A stretch of DNA of 64,000 bases from Candidatus Thorarchaeota archaeon (GCA_019057475.1 DXJO01000008.1:64001-128000), one strand, 5' to 3'; shown: positions 1 through 10,605, numbered from the stretch's first letter. The notes: a model not told the origin generated them from the sequence alone. Program-made: numbers and translations.

Positions 1-5
1 TAGAC

Positions 6-2393
6 TTGAACAGCACAGATGGCAATTGTATCGAAATTCAGAGTACCAGTGCTCACTTCGTAGTGTTCAACTGCACGCTGACAGAGGCAACCGGTCTAGG
101 ATACTCAGGCATCTATCTGAATGATGTGCAAAATGGACGACTCGAAGCCAACAATATCACTGGCAACGATATCGGCATTCTACTCAGGAACTCGAACCTC
201 AACAACATTCTAAACAACGCCATCTCAAATCATAGCCGCGCTGGGGTCTACCTTGATGGATCCAGTGACAACACGATTCGGACAAACAATGTCAGCACCA
301 GTTGGAGTGGACTCTACCTAGAATGGTCCACCAGCAATGTATTGAACAACAACTACTGCTACGACAACGAGTTTGGCATTGATGTCTACGGAGCCTCCAC
401 AAGCAATTCAATAGTGAATAATACGTGTGTTTCTAACAACTATGGCATCTACCTGTTGCATATAACGGAGAATGCAATCATAGAGAACAACTGCTCTCAG
501 AACAATGTGGGAATCCATGTCCTCGAGTCTAATTCGAACTCGATTGATACAAACATCTGCAACGAAAACGTCTATGGGGGTATTCTGGTCAATCTCTCAG
601 TGTACAATGACGTTTCAGACAACTATTGTGGCTACAACACCAATTGGGCCGGCATAATCCTCTCAGCTTCGAACCACACTCGTGTGACAGACAATACATG
701 CACAGGGAATCCAGATGGAATATGGCTAACAGCCAGTTCACAGAATGAGCTGCTGCACAACAACTGCACGTATAATGTCAATGGTATTCACATTCAGGAT
801 TCTTCAGGAGACCAAATCGCCAACAACATCTGCAACAACAACACAGACACGGGCATGCTGATCGAAGGTGTATCGCTCTCCTTGAGAGTGGTCTACAACA
901 ATACATGCAGCGACAATGGTATTATCGGTATCGTATTGATGCTCGGTGCCAATGCCACTGAGTTGAGCCAGAACGTCTGTTCAAGTAATGTGGTTAGTTC
1001 CCAGGCTGGAATACTCCTCATGGAGTCCTACAACAATACTGTAGATAGCAACGCATGTTACGGCAATCAGGACTTCGGAATACAAATGTTACAATCAGAA
1101 CTGACCATAGTGAAACGAAACAACATCACAGTCACCGGGGGGGTAGGTATCTTTCTTGAAGAATCAGTGAATAACACTCTTGCGGGCAACATATGCCATG
1201 ATATCTTCAACCCAGATTGGGACTCTGGCTATGCCATCTACCTAATGTATCTCTCTGATTTCAACCTAATTGAGGACAACCTTTGCTATGACAATCCATT
1301 CGGTATCTTACTTTTTCAAGCCAACAACAACACCGTCATCAACAACTTCTGTTTCAACAGTACGCACGTCCCTGACGTTAGTTCAGGAATAGCTATTGTT
1401 ATGGCATGGAACAATACAGTCACCAACAACAGGCTCCATAACAACACTGTAGGTGCATTCCTCTTAGACACAAATGGCAACACGATCTCATTCAATTCCC
1501 TCAGGGGAAACGAGTTCGGAGTATACCTTGAGGACGACTCTGCCAACAATACCATCTCATGGAATGTCTTCGAGAACAACACCGCAAATGGTTGGGATGC
1601 TGGGACGACCAATATCATCGATTACAACTTCTGGTCCAATTACACAGGGTCGGACGCAAATGGGGATGGGTTTGGAGATGTACCGCATCCGATTCAAGGC
1701 GATGCTGGCAACGCTGATCCTCATCCATTGATGTTTCATCCATTCCCACCTGAATGGGTTCAACCTCCTACAGACCAGGTCATCGAGTTCGGTGCCCACT
1801 TCGAGTACGAGCTTGAGGTCACATCCACTGCACCCTTTGAGTTGTGGGTCAACGATTCTGCGGCTTTCGCAATCGACGTCAATGAAACAATCGTAAGTCC
1901 AAGTGTTCTCCCTGTTGGAGTCTACCCGCTCGAGGTAAGAGCGATCAATATCTACGGATATGCAGCTAAAGGTGTCTTCACATTATTGGTTCAAGATACA
2001 ACTCCACCAACGGTGAATAGTCCCGATGACATCACTTACACTTCCGGAGAACCTGGCGCTCTGATAGAATGGAGCATTTCAGACCTAAGCTATCTCAGTT
2101 ACCGGGTTCTTAGAAACGGAACAGAGGTCGATTCGAGTGGCATAACTCTAACAGCGTATCAGGTCACAATATCAGTCGAGTATCTCGACCCCGGGGTTCA
2201 CAACTTCACTATCGTAGCGGTCGACGCTGAGGGCAACATAGCGACGGACACGGTCCTTGTCACGGTACTCCCAATCCCGTTCCTTGAGGCAATGCTTCCA
2301 TTCCTGATTCTGGGTCTGGCGGGAGTTGCAGTGGTTGTAGTGATACTCGTCCTGCTCAGGAAGCGAAAGCTACGTGGTGGAGAAAACAGCTAA
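6..2393 (+). CDS. Cell-surface right-handed parallel beta-helix (NosD/CASH repeat) protein with Ig-like domains and C-terminal TM anchor; probably 5'-truncated by the window edge
   Basis: Many 'GI.L..S..N.I..N....N' repeats, Ca-binding-like DANGDGFGD, DTTPP Ig-type linker, hydrophobic helix followed by RKRK at the C-terminus. Confidence 0.85.
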   Translation: MNSTDGNCIEIQSTSAHFVVFNCTLTEATGLGYSGIYLNDVQNGRLEANNITGNDIGILLRNSNLNNILNNAISNHSRAGVYLDGSSDNTIRTNNVSTSWSGLYLEWSTSNVLNNNYCYDNEFGIDVYGASTSNSIVNNTCVSNNYGIYLLHITENAIIENNCSQNNVGIHVLESNSNSIDTNICNENVYGGILVNLSVYNDVSDNYCGYNTNWAGIILSASNHTRVTDNTCTGNPDGIWLTASSQNELLHNNCTYNVNGIHIQDSSGDQIANNICNNNTDTGMLIEGVSLSLRVVYNNTCSDNGIIGIVLMLGANATELSQNVCSSNVVSSQAGILLMESYNNTVDSNACYGNQDFGIQMLQSELTIVKRNNITVTGGVGIFLEESVNNTLAGNICHDIFNPDWDSGYAIYLMYLSDFNLIEDNLCYDNPFGILLFQANNNTVINNFCFNSTHVPDVSSGIAIVMAWNNTVTNNRLHNNTVGAFLLDTNGNTISFNSLRGNEFGVYLEDDSANNTISWNVFENNTANGWDAGTTNIIDYNFWSNYTGSDANGDGFGDVPHPIQGDAGNADPHPLMFHPFPPEWVQPPTDQVIEFGAHFEYELEVTSTAPFELWVNDSAAFAIDVNETIVSPSVLPVGVYPLEVRAINIYGYAAKGVFTLLVQDTTPPTVNSPDDITYTSGEPGALIEWSISDLSYLSYRVLRNGTEVDSSGITLTAYQVTISVEYLDPGVHNFTIVAVDAEGNIATDTVLVTVLPIPFLEAMLPFLILGLAGVAVVVVILVLLRKRKLRGGENS

Positions 2394-2495
2394 GGCAGCC
2401 CTCTTCTGGGAGGACCTTGTGACCTCATCCATATCGACCATCTCCAGATACGTTTTTGTATTCATTTCATAAACAGATTAAGAGAAGGAACACCT

Positions 2496-3164
2496 ATGCA
2501 CGATCTTTCAGATTCTTCATTCTCCCCCAAAGAACAGGAGATTCGAAACGGATTGCGATTAAGGCTTCGCTTGGGCCTTCTCTTGACTATCTTCGCAATC
2601 GCGTTGTTCGCTTCTCTCTACCTGATTCACGGTTTGATTCCAGTGGAGATGGCGATCACACTGTTTGTAGCATCCATGTTGATGATCTTTGTCGGAATCA
2701 TTGTTAGCGGTTACTACGGACTGGGCCGTATCCTCTTTTTTCATAATCTAGACCTGCTCAGGATGATTGCCCCTGACGAGATGGCGGTGACTAGTAGCTA
2801 TGGGGTTGTCAGAAGAGGATCTGTTTACATCCTGGCGAAATGGGGGTCAAATGTCCTTACGTTCATCGCGTTCTTGCACTCTGAACCAGCTCTTGCCCCG
2901 AAGATCAAAATACCGCGAATTATCTGGCGTTGGGAATACACATTTCCCATTGGCAGTTTGAAAGTCACCCGTCGAGAAGGACACTTCACAGTGCCGACTT
3001 CAGAGTATTCATTCTTCAGTGGAGAAGGCATCCTCTACGCGCTATTAATCGATGCCAGTTCGTATTCTAGACAGACATCGGGCTTCCCGAGCGACCAGCT
3101 CCTGCGTATTGTCGATACGCTTAGTGAGGAAGCGGCAAGCTATGGCAGTGGCAGAGTAGAATGA
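2496..3164 (+). CDS. Hypothetical membrane protein (two N-terminal TM helices plus soluble domain)
   Basis: 222-aa ORF with two hydrophobic segments near the N-terminus. Confidence 0.65.
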   Translation: MHDLSDSSFSPKEQEIRNGLRLRLRLGLLLTIFAIALFASLYLIHGLIPVEMAITLFVASMLMIFVGIIVSGYYGLGRILFFHNLDLLRMIAPDEMAVTSSYGVVRRGSVYILAKWGSNVLTFIAFLHSEPALAPKIKIPRIIWRWEYTFPIGSLKVTRREGHFTVPTSEYSFFSGEGILYALLIDASSYSRQTSGFPSDQLLRIVDTLSEEAASYGSGRVE

Positions 3165-3168
3165 TATT

Positions 3169-3186
3169 TCCCCCAAGGATGGGGGA
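3169..3186. terminator. Short hairpin between convergent genes
   Basis: TCCCCC-AAGGAT-GGGGGA inverted repeat directly after the stop at 3164. Confidence 0.35.
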
Positions 3187-3279
3187 TTTAGTGTTACTTC
3201 CTGCAGCTTCATGATTGTCAGCGAAGAAGTGTAACTGCATCAGAATCCCTCTCTCCCACCATGGCATTTGATGTTTCAG

Positions 3280-3621
3280 TTACCAGTAGTGCCGCTCGCC
3301 TCCAATCGCGTAAAGACCCCAGATAAGATCCAAGTATTCGCCTCTGGTCCCAAATGGTACACTGAACTCAATCTGTCCATTCTTAGTTTTCTTGGTGTAC
3401 CCGGTGTTCTCCACCAGCGATTCGATATCCCCGGCTTGCTCGATATTCGCTATTATTTCGACAGGTATCTTCCCGAGGTAGAAATACACACGTATTCCAT
3501 TAGGAAACTCGTAGTTCTCACCTATTGTCCAAGTTGCTCGACATCTATCAAGTTTCATCATTTTCCAATTATGAAGCACAACCTCGTTTCTCATTTCCTG
3601 TGTGACTTCCACAAGAACCAC
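3280..3621 (-). CDS. Hypothetical protein
   Basis: 113-aa ORF with globular-protein composition filling the gap between two + strand genes; more plausible than the overlapping + ORF. Confidence 0.5.
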   Translation of the reverse strand: MVLVEVTQEMRNEVVLHNWKMMKLDRCRATWTIGENYEFPNGIRVYFYLGKIPVEIIANIEQAGDIESLVENTGYTKKTKNGQIEFSVPFGTRGEYLDLIWGLYAIGGERHYW

Positions 3622-3797
3622 CTACGCTGTGAGAACACGAAATCGCTGTTAAGTTATTGCTTGATTTCATTGGGTCTGGCGACCTATCCAGAATTATCAT
3701 TGGTGTTCAGCAATCAATGGACCGAGTATTGAGCATGATATCAATTGATAAGACAGTACCTGGATATGCTATGTGCATTTCCTTTGAGGTGAGATTC

Positions 3798-4370
3798 ATG
3801 CGTGGACAATGGATGATACTATCGGTGATTGTTGGAGTAGTGATGCTCATCACTGACATGAAGTATGGATGGCTATCCCTGTTCTTGGGTGGCTTCTCAA
3901 GTCTGCTTGTGATAGCTCTTGTCGTGGGAATCATTGCCGGAGGAGTAAAGGACGGGATTCTGAGTGTACTGGCTACTGAATTCCTAGGCGTTCTCGTGAT
4001 TACTCTCATTATGCCCTACGTGTTTCCTGAGTGGTGTTATATCTTGGTAGGATTCTTTCCGATCGACATGCTATTGGCGAGTGTTATAATTATTCAACAC
4101 AGTGCCACTCTTGGTACATTGGGGCTTCCATGGTATCTCGTGGGTGAGCATGGGCCAGAAGCCCTGGGATCGCTAATCATGGCTCCTTTCATCTTTGGCA
4201 CAGCCTTGGTGCTCGGCGGGCTCGGAGGGCACATCGGGCGAGTCATTAGACAGCGCTTCCTGGGGCCTGACATTCCCAGCAAAGCCGTGTCGCCAGGTAA
4301 GCCAATCGCTCAGGAACCGCAAGAAGAAGATGTCAGTCAGGGTGATTTTGCCTCTGATACAACCGAATGA
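3798..4370 (+). CDS. Hypothetical multi-pass membrane protein
   Basis: GAGGTGA Shine-Dalgarno before ATG 3798; 4-5 hydrophobic helices; acidic tail. Confidence 0.7.
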   Translation: MRGQWMILSVIVGVVMLITDMKYGWLSLFLGGFSSLLVIALVVGIIAGGVKDGILSVLATEFLGVLVITLIMPYVFPEWCYILVGFFPIDMLLASVIIIQHSATLGTLGLPWYLVGEHGPEALGSLIMAPFIFGTALVLGGLGGHIGRVIRQRFLGPDIPSKAVSPGKPIAQEPQEEDVSQGDFASDTTE

Positions 4371-4574
4371 TCCTGTTGGCTCCTTGTGCTCATGCGGCCT
4401 ATTTCGGAAGTCAGTCCAAGCTTCAGCAATGGAGGGATTCCTTATCGAAAACGCTTACAAGCGATCTGATAAGACGCGGCAACCTGTCCTAGGAGTTCAT
4501 TAGAAGACATGAATTCGCAGTCCAGACATGAATACAATGGGTTTCTCGTGAGAGTTCATTGACGGCAACTGAAA

Positions 4575-4754
4575 CTAGGTCTTCTCCAAGGTCCTTAGGA
4601 CGGACTGGATGCTTTCCTCCAATGACTTCATCCTTAGTTGAAGAGCTAATACTTCCTCCATTAGGAGAGCAAGCTTCTCTTCGATCTCCATTTCCCCGTC
4701 AGAAGTCAACGGGAAGCCACTTGAATCCCTGTCAGCTTTCTTCCACTTTGGCAT
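4575..4754 (-). CDS. Small 59-aa coiled-coil protein (not in the ORF track)
   Basis: MPKWKKADRDSSGFPLTSDGEMEIEEKLALLMEEVLALQLRMKSLEESIQSVLRTLEKT*; starts 11 nt after the methylase stop; heptad pattern. Confidence 0.5.
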   Translation of the reverse strand: MPKWKKADRDSSGFPLTSDGEMEIEEKLALLMEEVLALQLRMKSLEESIQSVLRTLEKT

Positions 4755-4765
4755 TTTCTTCCGTC

Positions 4766-6145
4766 CTACGCTTCTTTTTGAAAATACAGAATGCTCTCTC
4801 TCAGGGCAAATGTGCGTCTGATTCCAGACCGTCTTGTGCGGTCAATCTCTATGCCAGTTGGGCGGTATCCAATCCTCTGTGCTATCATCATGGTAATCAA
4901 ATCGGTTGGGACATAAACGTCGAGGATCAGCGAGTCCCCTACTACCCACGCCACTCTGGCCCCGTCATTAATGGACTCGTACATATTGCTGAGAACCATA
5001 TGAATGTCCTCAAAGTATTTCCGAAGTAGAATCGGATAGTCCTTTCTTCTGATACCGATTCTCTCTCTCATTCTTGGTTTGCTGGCCGCAATAATATAGT
5101 CAAGCCAATCAATCGAAAGGAGGGGGGTTTGTTCTGCATATGACTTCATCATTGATCTAGAAACGTTGTCACACAACACCATGCGATCGCGGAGTTTGCT
5201 AAGGTCCTTTGTGGAGGCCGCATCTTCCATCCAGCCTATTTCTAGCTTGTAGTTGCCAACGTAGTCGAAGCTATTGAGGTACGGGGGCGAGGTTATGACT
5301 GCATCAACTGCGATATCCTCAGGCAAAGCAAATGCCTTAGAGTCTTCACAGAACGAAATGGACTTTCCTTGTTTCTCCACCTTCGTCTGCACGAACCGAA
5401 GGTCGCTGATAATTTCCTTGACCTTCTCTTCAAACAGCTGGAATGGTAGTTTTGGGTATAGATTCTTGGATTTCTTCTTGTCGTAACCGATTGACGGTGA
5501 CCTTCTCAAGTTGCTCGATGGCAGAAGAATGCTCGCGAACGCCAGCTCGAAGTAGCATCTAAGGCGCGGGTTATCCACCAATCCTACCCGTTCCTTTATC
5601 CTTAGGATATTCTCAAGTATCTCAGGTTGAAATTGTCTCTCTGTTTCGAGGAAGGCTGGAGGCTCCGTTGATGCCTTCTTTGAGAAGTTCATCGCATCAT
5701 ATTGGTGTTGAATCTCTCTCGGATTCGCATCCCATGATGTCTTTGCCAAGAGCACTCTGAAGATTGTAGGATTGATTTCGATACCAACAGAGTCTACACC
5801 TTTCATCATAGCAGCAACGTTAACGGTGCCAGATCCCGCAAAAGGGTCAAGTATCCGGTGGTCGGAAGATAGTCCGAACTGCTCGATTATGTCATAGACG
5901 AAGCTCTCAGAGAAACCCTCTAGGTAGCTGGTCCAACGATGAATCGGCCTCTGCTTGTTATTCGCGAAGTTCAAACCACGGTTCAACAGCCGGTGAGATA
6001 TCTTTACGTCGGGAAATCTAAGCTTGAACTCATGCAGGTAGGTATCAGGCGTCTTGAAGTGATAGCCGATTCCCTCCCAAAGGGCGTAGTTGTGACTGTA
6101 AAACGACTCGGCATCACTAACTAACGAGTTCATGTTGTTGACCAT
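4766..6145 (-). CDS. DNA methyltransferase, N4-cytosine type (amino-MTase)
   Basis: Motif I DPFAGSGT followed by motif IV TSPPY. Confidence 0.85.
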   Translation of the reverse strand: MVNNMNSLVSDAESFYSHNYALWEGIGYHFKTPDTYLHEFKLRFPDVKISHRLLNRGLNFANNKQRPIHRWTSYLEGFSESFVYDIIEQFGLSSDHRILDPFAGSGTVNVAAMMKGVDSVGIEINPTIFRVLLAKTSWDANPREIQHQYDAMNFSKKASTEPPAFLETERQFQPEILENILRIKERVGLVDNPRLRCYFELAFASILLPSSNLRRSPSIGYDKKKSKNLYPKLPFQLFEEKVKEIISDLRFVQTKVEKQGKSISFCEDSKAFALPEDIAVDAVITSPPYLNSFDYVGNYKLEIGWMEDAASTKDLSKLRDRMVLCDNVSRSMMKSYAEQTPLLSIDWLDYIIAASKPRMRERIGIRRKDYPILLRKYFEDIHMVLSNMYESINDGARVAWVVGDSLILDVYVPTDLITMMIAQRIGYRPTGIEIDRTRRSGIRRTFALRESILYFQKEA

Positions 6146-6275
6146 ACTGTTGTTCTACTAGACTATCTGTCCTATTTGATGATTTGAGATATGCCATTTA
6201 AACCTCTAAGTTGCACCAGCATATGGCGATTTCGTACGATTTATTAAATGCAGGCAGCGTCTGTGCTTTGGCGGG

Positions 6276-8648
6276 TTGAAGATGGCAGCTTCAAGAATTG
6301 AAACTCTACGGAACAATCTATTGGATTCTACAACAAGTTTGTACCTTGAGAGAACTCAGTTGTATACAGAATCTCTGAAACAGACTGAAGGAGAGCAGAG
6401 AATCATCCGGCAGGCGAAGGCTCTTGCCCACATGCTAGAAGGAATCCCAGTGCGGATACTTCCTGGCGAGCTAGTTGTGGGCGTCATTGCAGACAAGATA
6501 CGAGGCGCCATAATCTATCCTGAAGCACACGGAGCGCGGGTAATTCCCGAGCTTGAAGAGATAAAGAATCGCGACAAACGCTCAGTTGTTATTACGGACG
6601 AGGATATGAAGATCGTTCAAGACGAAATCGAATCCTACTGGGCCGACAAATCCACACTGGCACAAGGTGAGCGGAATATTCCCGAAAAGACAATGGAGGT
6701 CGTGTACTCGGGCTCAGTATTCCTACCTACTGAGGCAGCTGGATTCGGCCATTTGAGCATTAACTACCCAATGCTCTTCTCTATGGGTTTCAGCAAGTTC
6801 AAGGCGATAGCAGAAGAACGAGTTCTTGAATACGCCAAGAAAACTGATTCAGATTCAACCTCCAAGGCGCAATTCTACAGTGCTGCCGCAATAGCTGCTG
6901 AAGCGATGATTCACTTCGCAAAGCGCTATTCCGAAGAAGCAGCGAGAATGGCAGAAGATGAGAAAGACAGTCAGAGAAAAGAAGAGCTTGAGCAAATTGC
7001 TGAGGTATGCCAACGGGTTCCAAGAAATCCACCAACCAATTTCCACGAAGCGATCCAGTTCATTAGGTTCACTCACCTAGCTTTGACCATTGAAGCGTAT
7101 GATGGTCAAGCCATCTCAATGGGCCGGATGGACCAGTACCTTCAACCATTCTATGAGGCTGATGTCAAATCAGGGATACTAGATCGAAACCGAGCAAGAG
7201 AGCTCATAGAGCTGCTGTGGATTAAGACAAACGAACTGGTGCCTGTCTATGATAGCTTCGCAGGGCTGTACTTTGATGGTCTGTTAACGACGCAAGCCGC
7301 TACAATTGGCGGCATCAATCCGGAAGGGGTTGATTCGACAAACGACATGACCTACATAATTCTGGAAGCAACCAAGAATACGGGGCTTCCATTGCCAAAT
7401 GTCCACATCAGACTTCATAAGGAAACCCCTTTGAAACTCATGAGGGAAGTCGCAGCAACTGTGGCGTCTGAAACAAACAATATCGCCATGTTCAATGATG
7501 ATGTAATCGTCAAGTCCTGGGAGCGTCAAGGAATCCCAACAGAAGAGGCGAGAAACTACGCAACTGTTGGGTGCGTTGAACTGGCTCCATTTGGAACCAG
7601 CTTCACTTCGTCAGACGCGGCGCTATTCAATATCGCAATATGTCTTGAGCTTGCTTTGAATAATGGCGAAACCGTTCTGCTGGGGTCGAAGATTGGACTC
7701 GAAACTGGTGATCCATTGGAGTTCCAATCAATGGATGACGTCATTGAGGCATTCCGGAATCAACTCTCTTACTTGGTAGGACTAATGGCAGAAGCTTCGA
7801 ATCACTTTGAGAGAGCAACTGCTGAACTGATGCCTTCACCACTACTTTCACTCTGCGTAGAGGACTGCTTCAAGGCGGGTCAAGATATAACGACCGGTTC
7901 TGCAAGGTACAACTTTACTGGAGTTCAGGGGGTTGGAATGGCTGATGTTGCAGACTCCTTCACCGCAATGGATCAACTTGTGTTCAGAGAGAAACGGTTG
8001 AGCATGGCCGAACTACTGGAAGCCATAAGGGACGGATTTGATGATTACGAACCGACTAGACAACTGCTTCTGAACAAAGCCCCGAAATTCGGTAATGATG
8101 ACAAGACTGCCGATGACTACGCTAACCTCGTGGCGCGCATGTACGCTGAGGAAGTTGAAAAACACAAGAACATCCGGGGCGGTACTTTCATTGCAGGCAT
8201 GTACTCTGTGACATCTCATATTCCATTTGGATTCTTTACTGGTGCATTGCCAAGCGGACGATTAGCCACGACCACTCTGAGCAATGGTGCTTCACCTGCG
8301 ATTGGAGCACAGGCGAAGGGTTTGACGGCGGCCCTCAGTTCTGTTGCAAGCGTTGATCATACGCTCTACCCGAATGGAGTAGCTTATACCCTTGGTCTGG
8401 ATCCCAGCTTCGTAACCGGAGGAGAGGGCCTTGAGTCCCTTGTGAATGTACTCAGAACCTACGTGAAGCTCGGAGGTATGCAAATTCAATTCAACATGAT
8501 GGACCCAGAAACTCTTCGTGACGCCCAGAAGAACCCCGCAGATTATCGCAATCTTATCGTGCGTGTTGCTGGATATAGCGCGTACTTCGTGGACTTGAGC
8601 AATGAAGTCCAGGACGAAATTATCGGTAGGTTCCAAAGATCTGAATAG
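6276..8648 (+). CDS. Glycyl radical enzyme (PFL2/glycerol dehydratase/HypD-like family)
   Basis: Cys loop VGCVE, SMGRMDQY, C-terminal glycyl radical motif RVAGYS. Confidence 0.92.
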   Translation: MKMAASRIETLRNNLLDSTTSLYLERTQLYTESLKQTEGEQRIIRQAKALAHMLEGIPVRILPGELVVGVIADKIRGAIIYPEAHGARVIPELEEIKNRDKRSVVITDEDMKIVQDEIESYWADKSTLAQGERNIPEKTMEVVYSGSVFLPTEAAGFGHLSINYPMLFSMGFSKFKAIAEERVLEYAKKTDSDSTSKAQFYSAAAIAAEAMIHFAKRYSEEAARMAEDEKDSQRKEELEQIAEVCQRVPRNPPTNFHEAIQFIRFTHLALTIEAYDGQAISMGRMDQYLQPFYEADVKSGILDRNRARELIELLWIKTNELVPVYDSFAGLYFDGLLTTQAATIGGINPEGVDSTNDMTYIILEATKNTGLPLPNVHIRLHKETPLKLMREVAATVASETNNIAMFNDDVIVKSWERQGIPTEEARNYATVGCVELAPFGTSFTSSDAALFNIAICLELALNNGETVLLGSKIGLETGDPLEFQSMDDVIEAFRNQLSYLVGLMAEASNHFERATAELMPSPLLSLCVEDCFKAGQDITTGSARYNFTGVQGVGMADVADSFTAMDQLVFREKRLSMAELLEAIRDGFDDYEPTRQLLLNKAPKFGNDDKTADDYANLVARMYAEEVEKHKNIRGGTFIAGMYSVTSHIPFGFFTGALPSGRLATTTLSNGASPAIGAQAKGLTAALSSVASVDHTLYPNGVAYTLGLDPSFVTGGEGLESLVNVLRTYVKLGGMQIQFNMMDPETLRDAQKNPADYRNLIVRVAGYSAYFVDLSNEVQDEIIGRFQRSE

Positions 8649-8662
8649 CATACTACTGCGAT

Positions 8663-9445
8663 TCATCCAGCTAGGGATGCCAACCGCAACACCAGAATTC
8701 TCCTTCTCATTCCCGGACTATACGGTCCGAAATCCCAATCACCGTATTCCTCAAGCACCTCAAAGCCGGAGAGTCGCAGAAGACGGTCGGCTTCTTTGTC
8801 GTCTATCAATGCAACAGCATTCTCGGTTTCAATCGTCCAAGTTTCTCCATCCGAATCTGTTATTTCCAAGATGAATGTGCGGCGTTGAATCTGATTTGAG
8901 AGATCAGTGACGAAGACGCCGGAACGCTTCACATGCCTGCCGTCTGTCGTATGCGCATCTTCAGACCACTCACCTTTTTCTTGTTGACCGTTTCCGGGAT
9001 ACAGATCAAGGATGAACACACCATCCTCGTCAAGATGCCTTTTAGCGGAACTCAAGCACCCCAACTGCTGCTCTGTTGTCAAGCAGAACCGGAAGGATGA
9101 AGGAATGATTACCAGAGAAAAACTCTGTTGCAGGTCGAGATCTGTGATGTCCCCCTTCAGAAACGAAACAGGGGACCGTACATTAGCTGGAAGGTTGCGT
9201 GCTTTTCCTCGAGCCACGTTTAGCATCTGTTTTGTGGCATCTACGCCTACAACTTCGTAGCCTGCTTCTGCAAGTTTGAGTGCTACTCTTCCAGTTCCAC
9301 AAGCCAGTTCCAGAATCGGTGGTCCGTACTTCTCTGCCATACTCAGATAGAAGGGAATGTCATCATTCAATATGAAGAGGTCGTAGTATTCAGCAGCATC
9401 CCTGTAGCTCTTGGTGGAGCTGAATTCGGACATTGTCTTCTCCAA
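8663..9445 (-). CDS. Class I SAM-dependent methyltransferase
   Basis: ILELACGTGR motif I, VVGVD, GDITD. Confidence 0.88.
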   Translation of the reverse strand: MEKTMSEFSSTKSYRDAAEYYDLFILNDDIPFYLSMAEKYGPPILELACGTGRVALKLAEAGYEVVGVDATKQMLNVARGKARNLPANVRSPVSFLKGDITDLDLQQSFSLVIIPSSFRFCLTTEQQLGCLSSAKRHLDEDGVFILDLYPGNGQQEKGEWSEDAHTTDGRHVKRSGVFVTDLSNQIQRRTFILEITDSDGETWTIETENAVALIDDKEADRLLRLSGFEVLEEYGDWDFGPYSPGMRRRILVLRLASLAG

Positions 9446-9540
9446 TCCGACCTGTTTCTTGAGGAGTTCTGATTTGAAGTACCCCTATTCCCAGGGAAGC
9501 TTAAGAACGATTTAAGATGTTTCGATAAAAGATTCTTTGA

Positions 9541-9654
9541 GTTCAGCGTTTAAACAGTAAGAAATTTGGCGGTGCCGCTGCGTTAGAGAGTTCATCTGGG
9601 GCGGGGAGCACATTCACCTTCACCCTGCCAAGAACTATGCCCCCTGAAGCATAA
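9541..9654 (+). pseudogene. Remnant of a histidine kinase HATPase_c C-terminus
   Basis: Translates FGGAAALESSSGAGSTFTFTLP (G2-box-like); no start codon; preceded by an in-frame TGA. Confidence 0.6.
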
Positions 9655-9759
9655 GAATGAGAACGCATTGACCTGTCTGAGCATTTGGAGCACAGCTAAT
9701 TTGACAGGCATGCATTATTCAAGGATGCCAAGAATTGCTCTCTGAGGACTGGATTCAGT

Positions 9760-10605
9760 TTGAACCAAGTATCGGTCACGACCGCACCATTGAATCGTCT
9801 TGTACAAGGGATGTATTATGATATCAAGTCCACAATTGACATAATGAAACGAATATGGGCTGAGTCAGCAGTCGACGGGTTTGAGTTTCAGAAGCTGGCA
9901 GAGTGGGAGAGTGATGGCCCACCTCGAGATGACAACAAGGAATTCACAAGACGGGATGCGTGGAGGGCCGCACCCAAGTACACGGTCAAGGAACTCTCGA
10001 AGCTGCTCAAACAATCTAATGTCCCAATTCTGTCGGTGCACGCGAACAGGGACGTGGGCATTTGCCTTTGCTCAGATGACTTGAGGGAGATTGCACGAGG
10101 GAAGGATATGATACACGAGAGCCTAGCGCTGGCTCAGAATGTTGGTGCTGGTGTGGCAGTATTCCACCTTTGGGACACTTGGAAAGCAGAGTTTAGTCCC
10201 GCCTTCCTACGAAACCTTATGAGCGACATCGTTTCTCGATACCCGAATGTTGTTGCCGCTGTAGAGAACGTGCCAACACATCTTGTGGGCCGTACTCCTT
10301 TCGATCTCGTGAAAGAGTTCGAATATGTAACGCTTGACACTCGATGGGCGGCAATGTATGATGAACTGGACAAGTTCGAGAGCATCAAGGACAGAATCAT
10401 CAACGTTCATCTAAGAGGGCACCTGGAGAACAAGTGGTGGGCTATTGACAACGCTCCATTCACATTTGATGAGGCTCTGGCCAAGATACAGGACGGCTGG
10501 AGGTACAGAGGTCTCTTAACCCTAGAACCCGAGCGGGGACCAAGTGATGTGACGTGGGAGGGCCTGCTGGTTGCGTTGAAGAATCTAAGGAACTGTAAAC
10601 ATTAA
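9760..10605 (+). CDS. Sugar phosphate isomerase/epimerase (xylose isomerase-like TIM barrel)
   Basis: LSVHA, VFH, AVENV, TLDT, VHLR, LTLE metal-binding pattern. Confidence 0.75.
   Translation: MNQVSVTTAPLNRLVQGMYYDIKSTIDIMKRIWAESAVDGFEFQKLAEWESDGPPRDDNKEFTRRDAWRAAPKYTVKELSKLLKQSNVPILSVHANRDVGICLCSDDLREIARGKDMIHESLALAQNVGAGVAVFHLWDTWKAEFSPAFLRNLMSDIVSRYPNVVAAVENVPTHLVGRTPFDLVKEFEYVTLDTRWAAMYDELDKFESIKDRIINVHLRGHLENKWWAIDNAPFTFDEALAKIQDGWRYRGLLTLEPERGPSDVTWEGLLVALKNLRNCKH

Noticed and set aside
6-1700. Repetitive AACAAC-rich sequence suggesting a repeat array or DGR target
   Set aside because: Explained by Asn-rich beta-helix coding repeats; no fixed-length repeat-spacer pattern and no reverse transcriptase in the window
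3161-3195. ATGA followed by a stem and AA, superficially SECIS-like
   Set aside because: No GA on the 3' side to form the tandem G.A core and no in-frame TGA candidate upstream; better explained as a terminator hairpin
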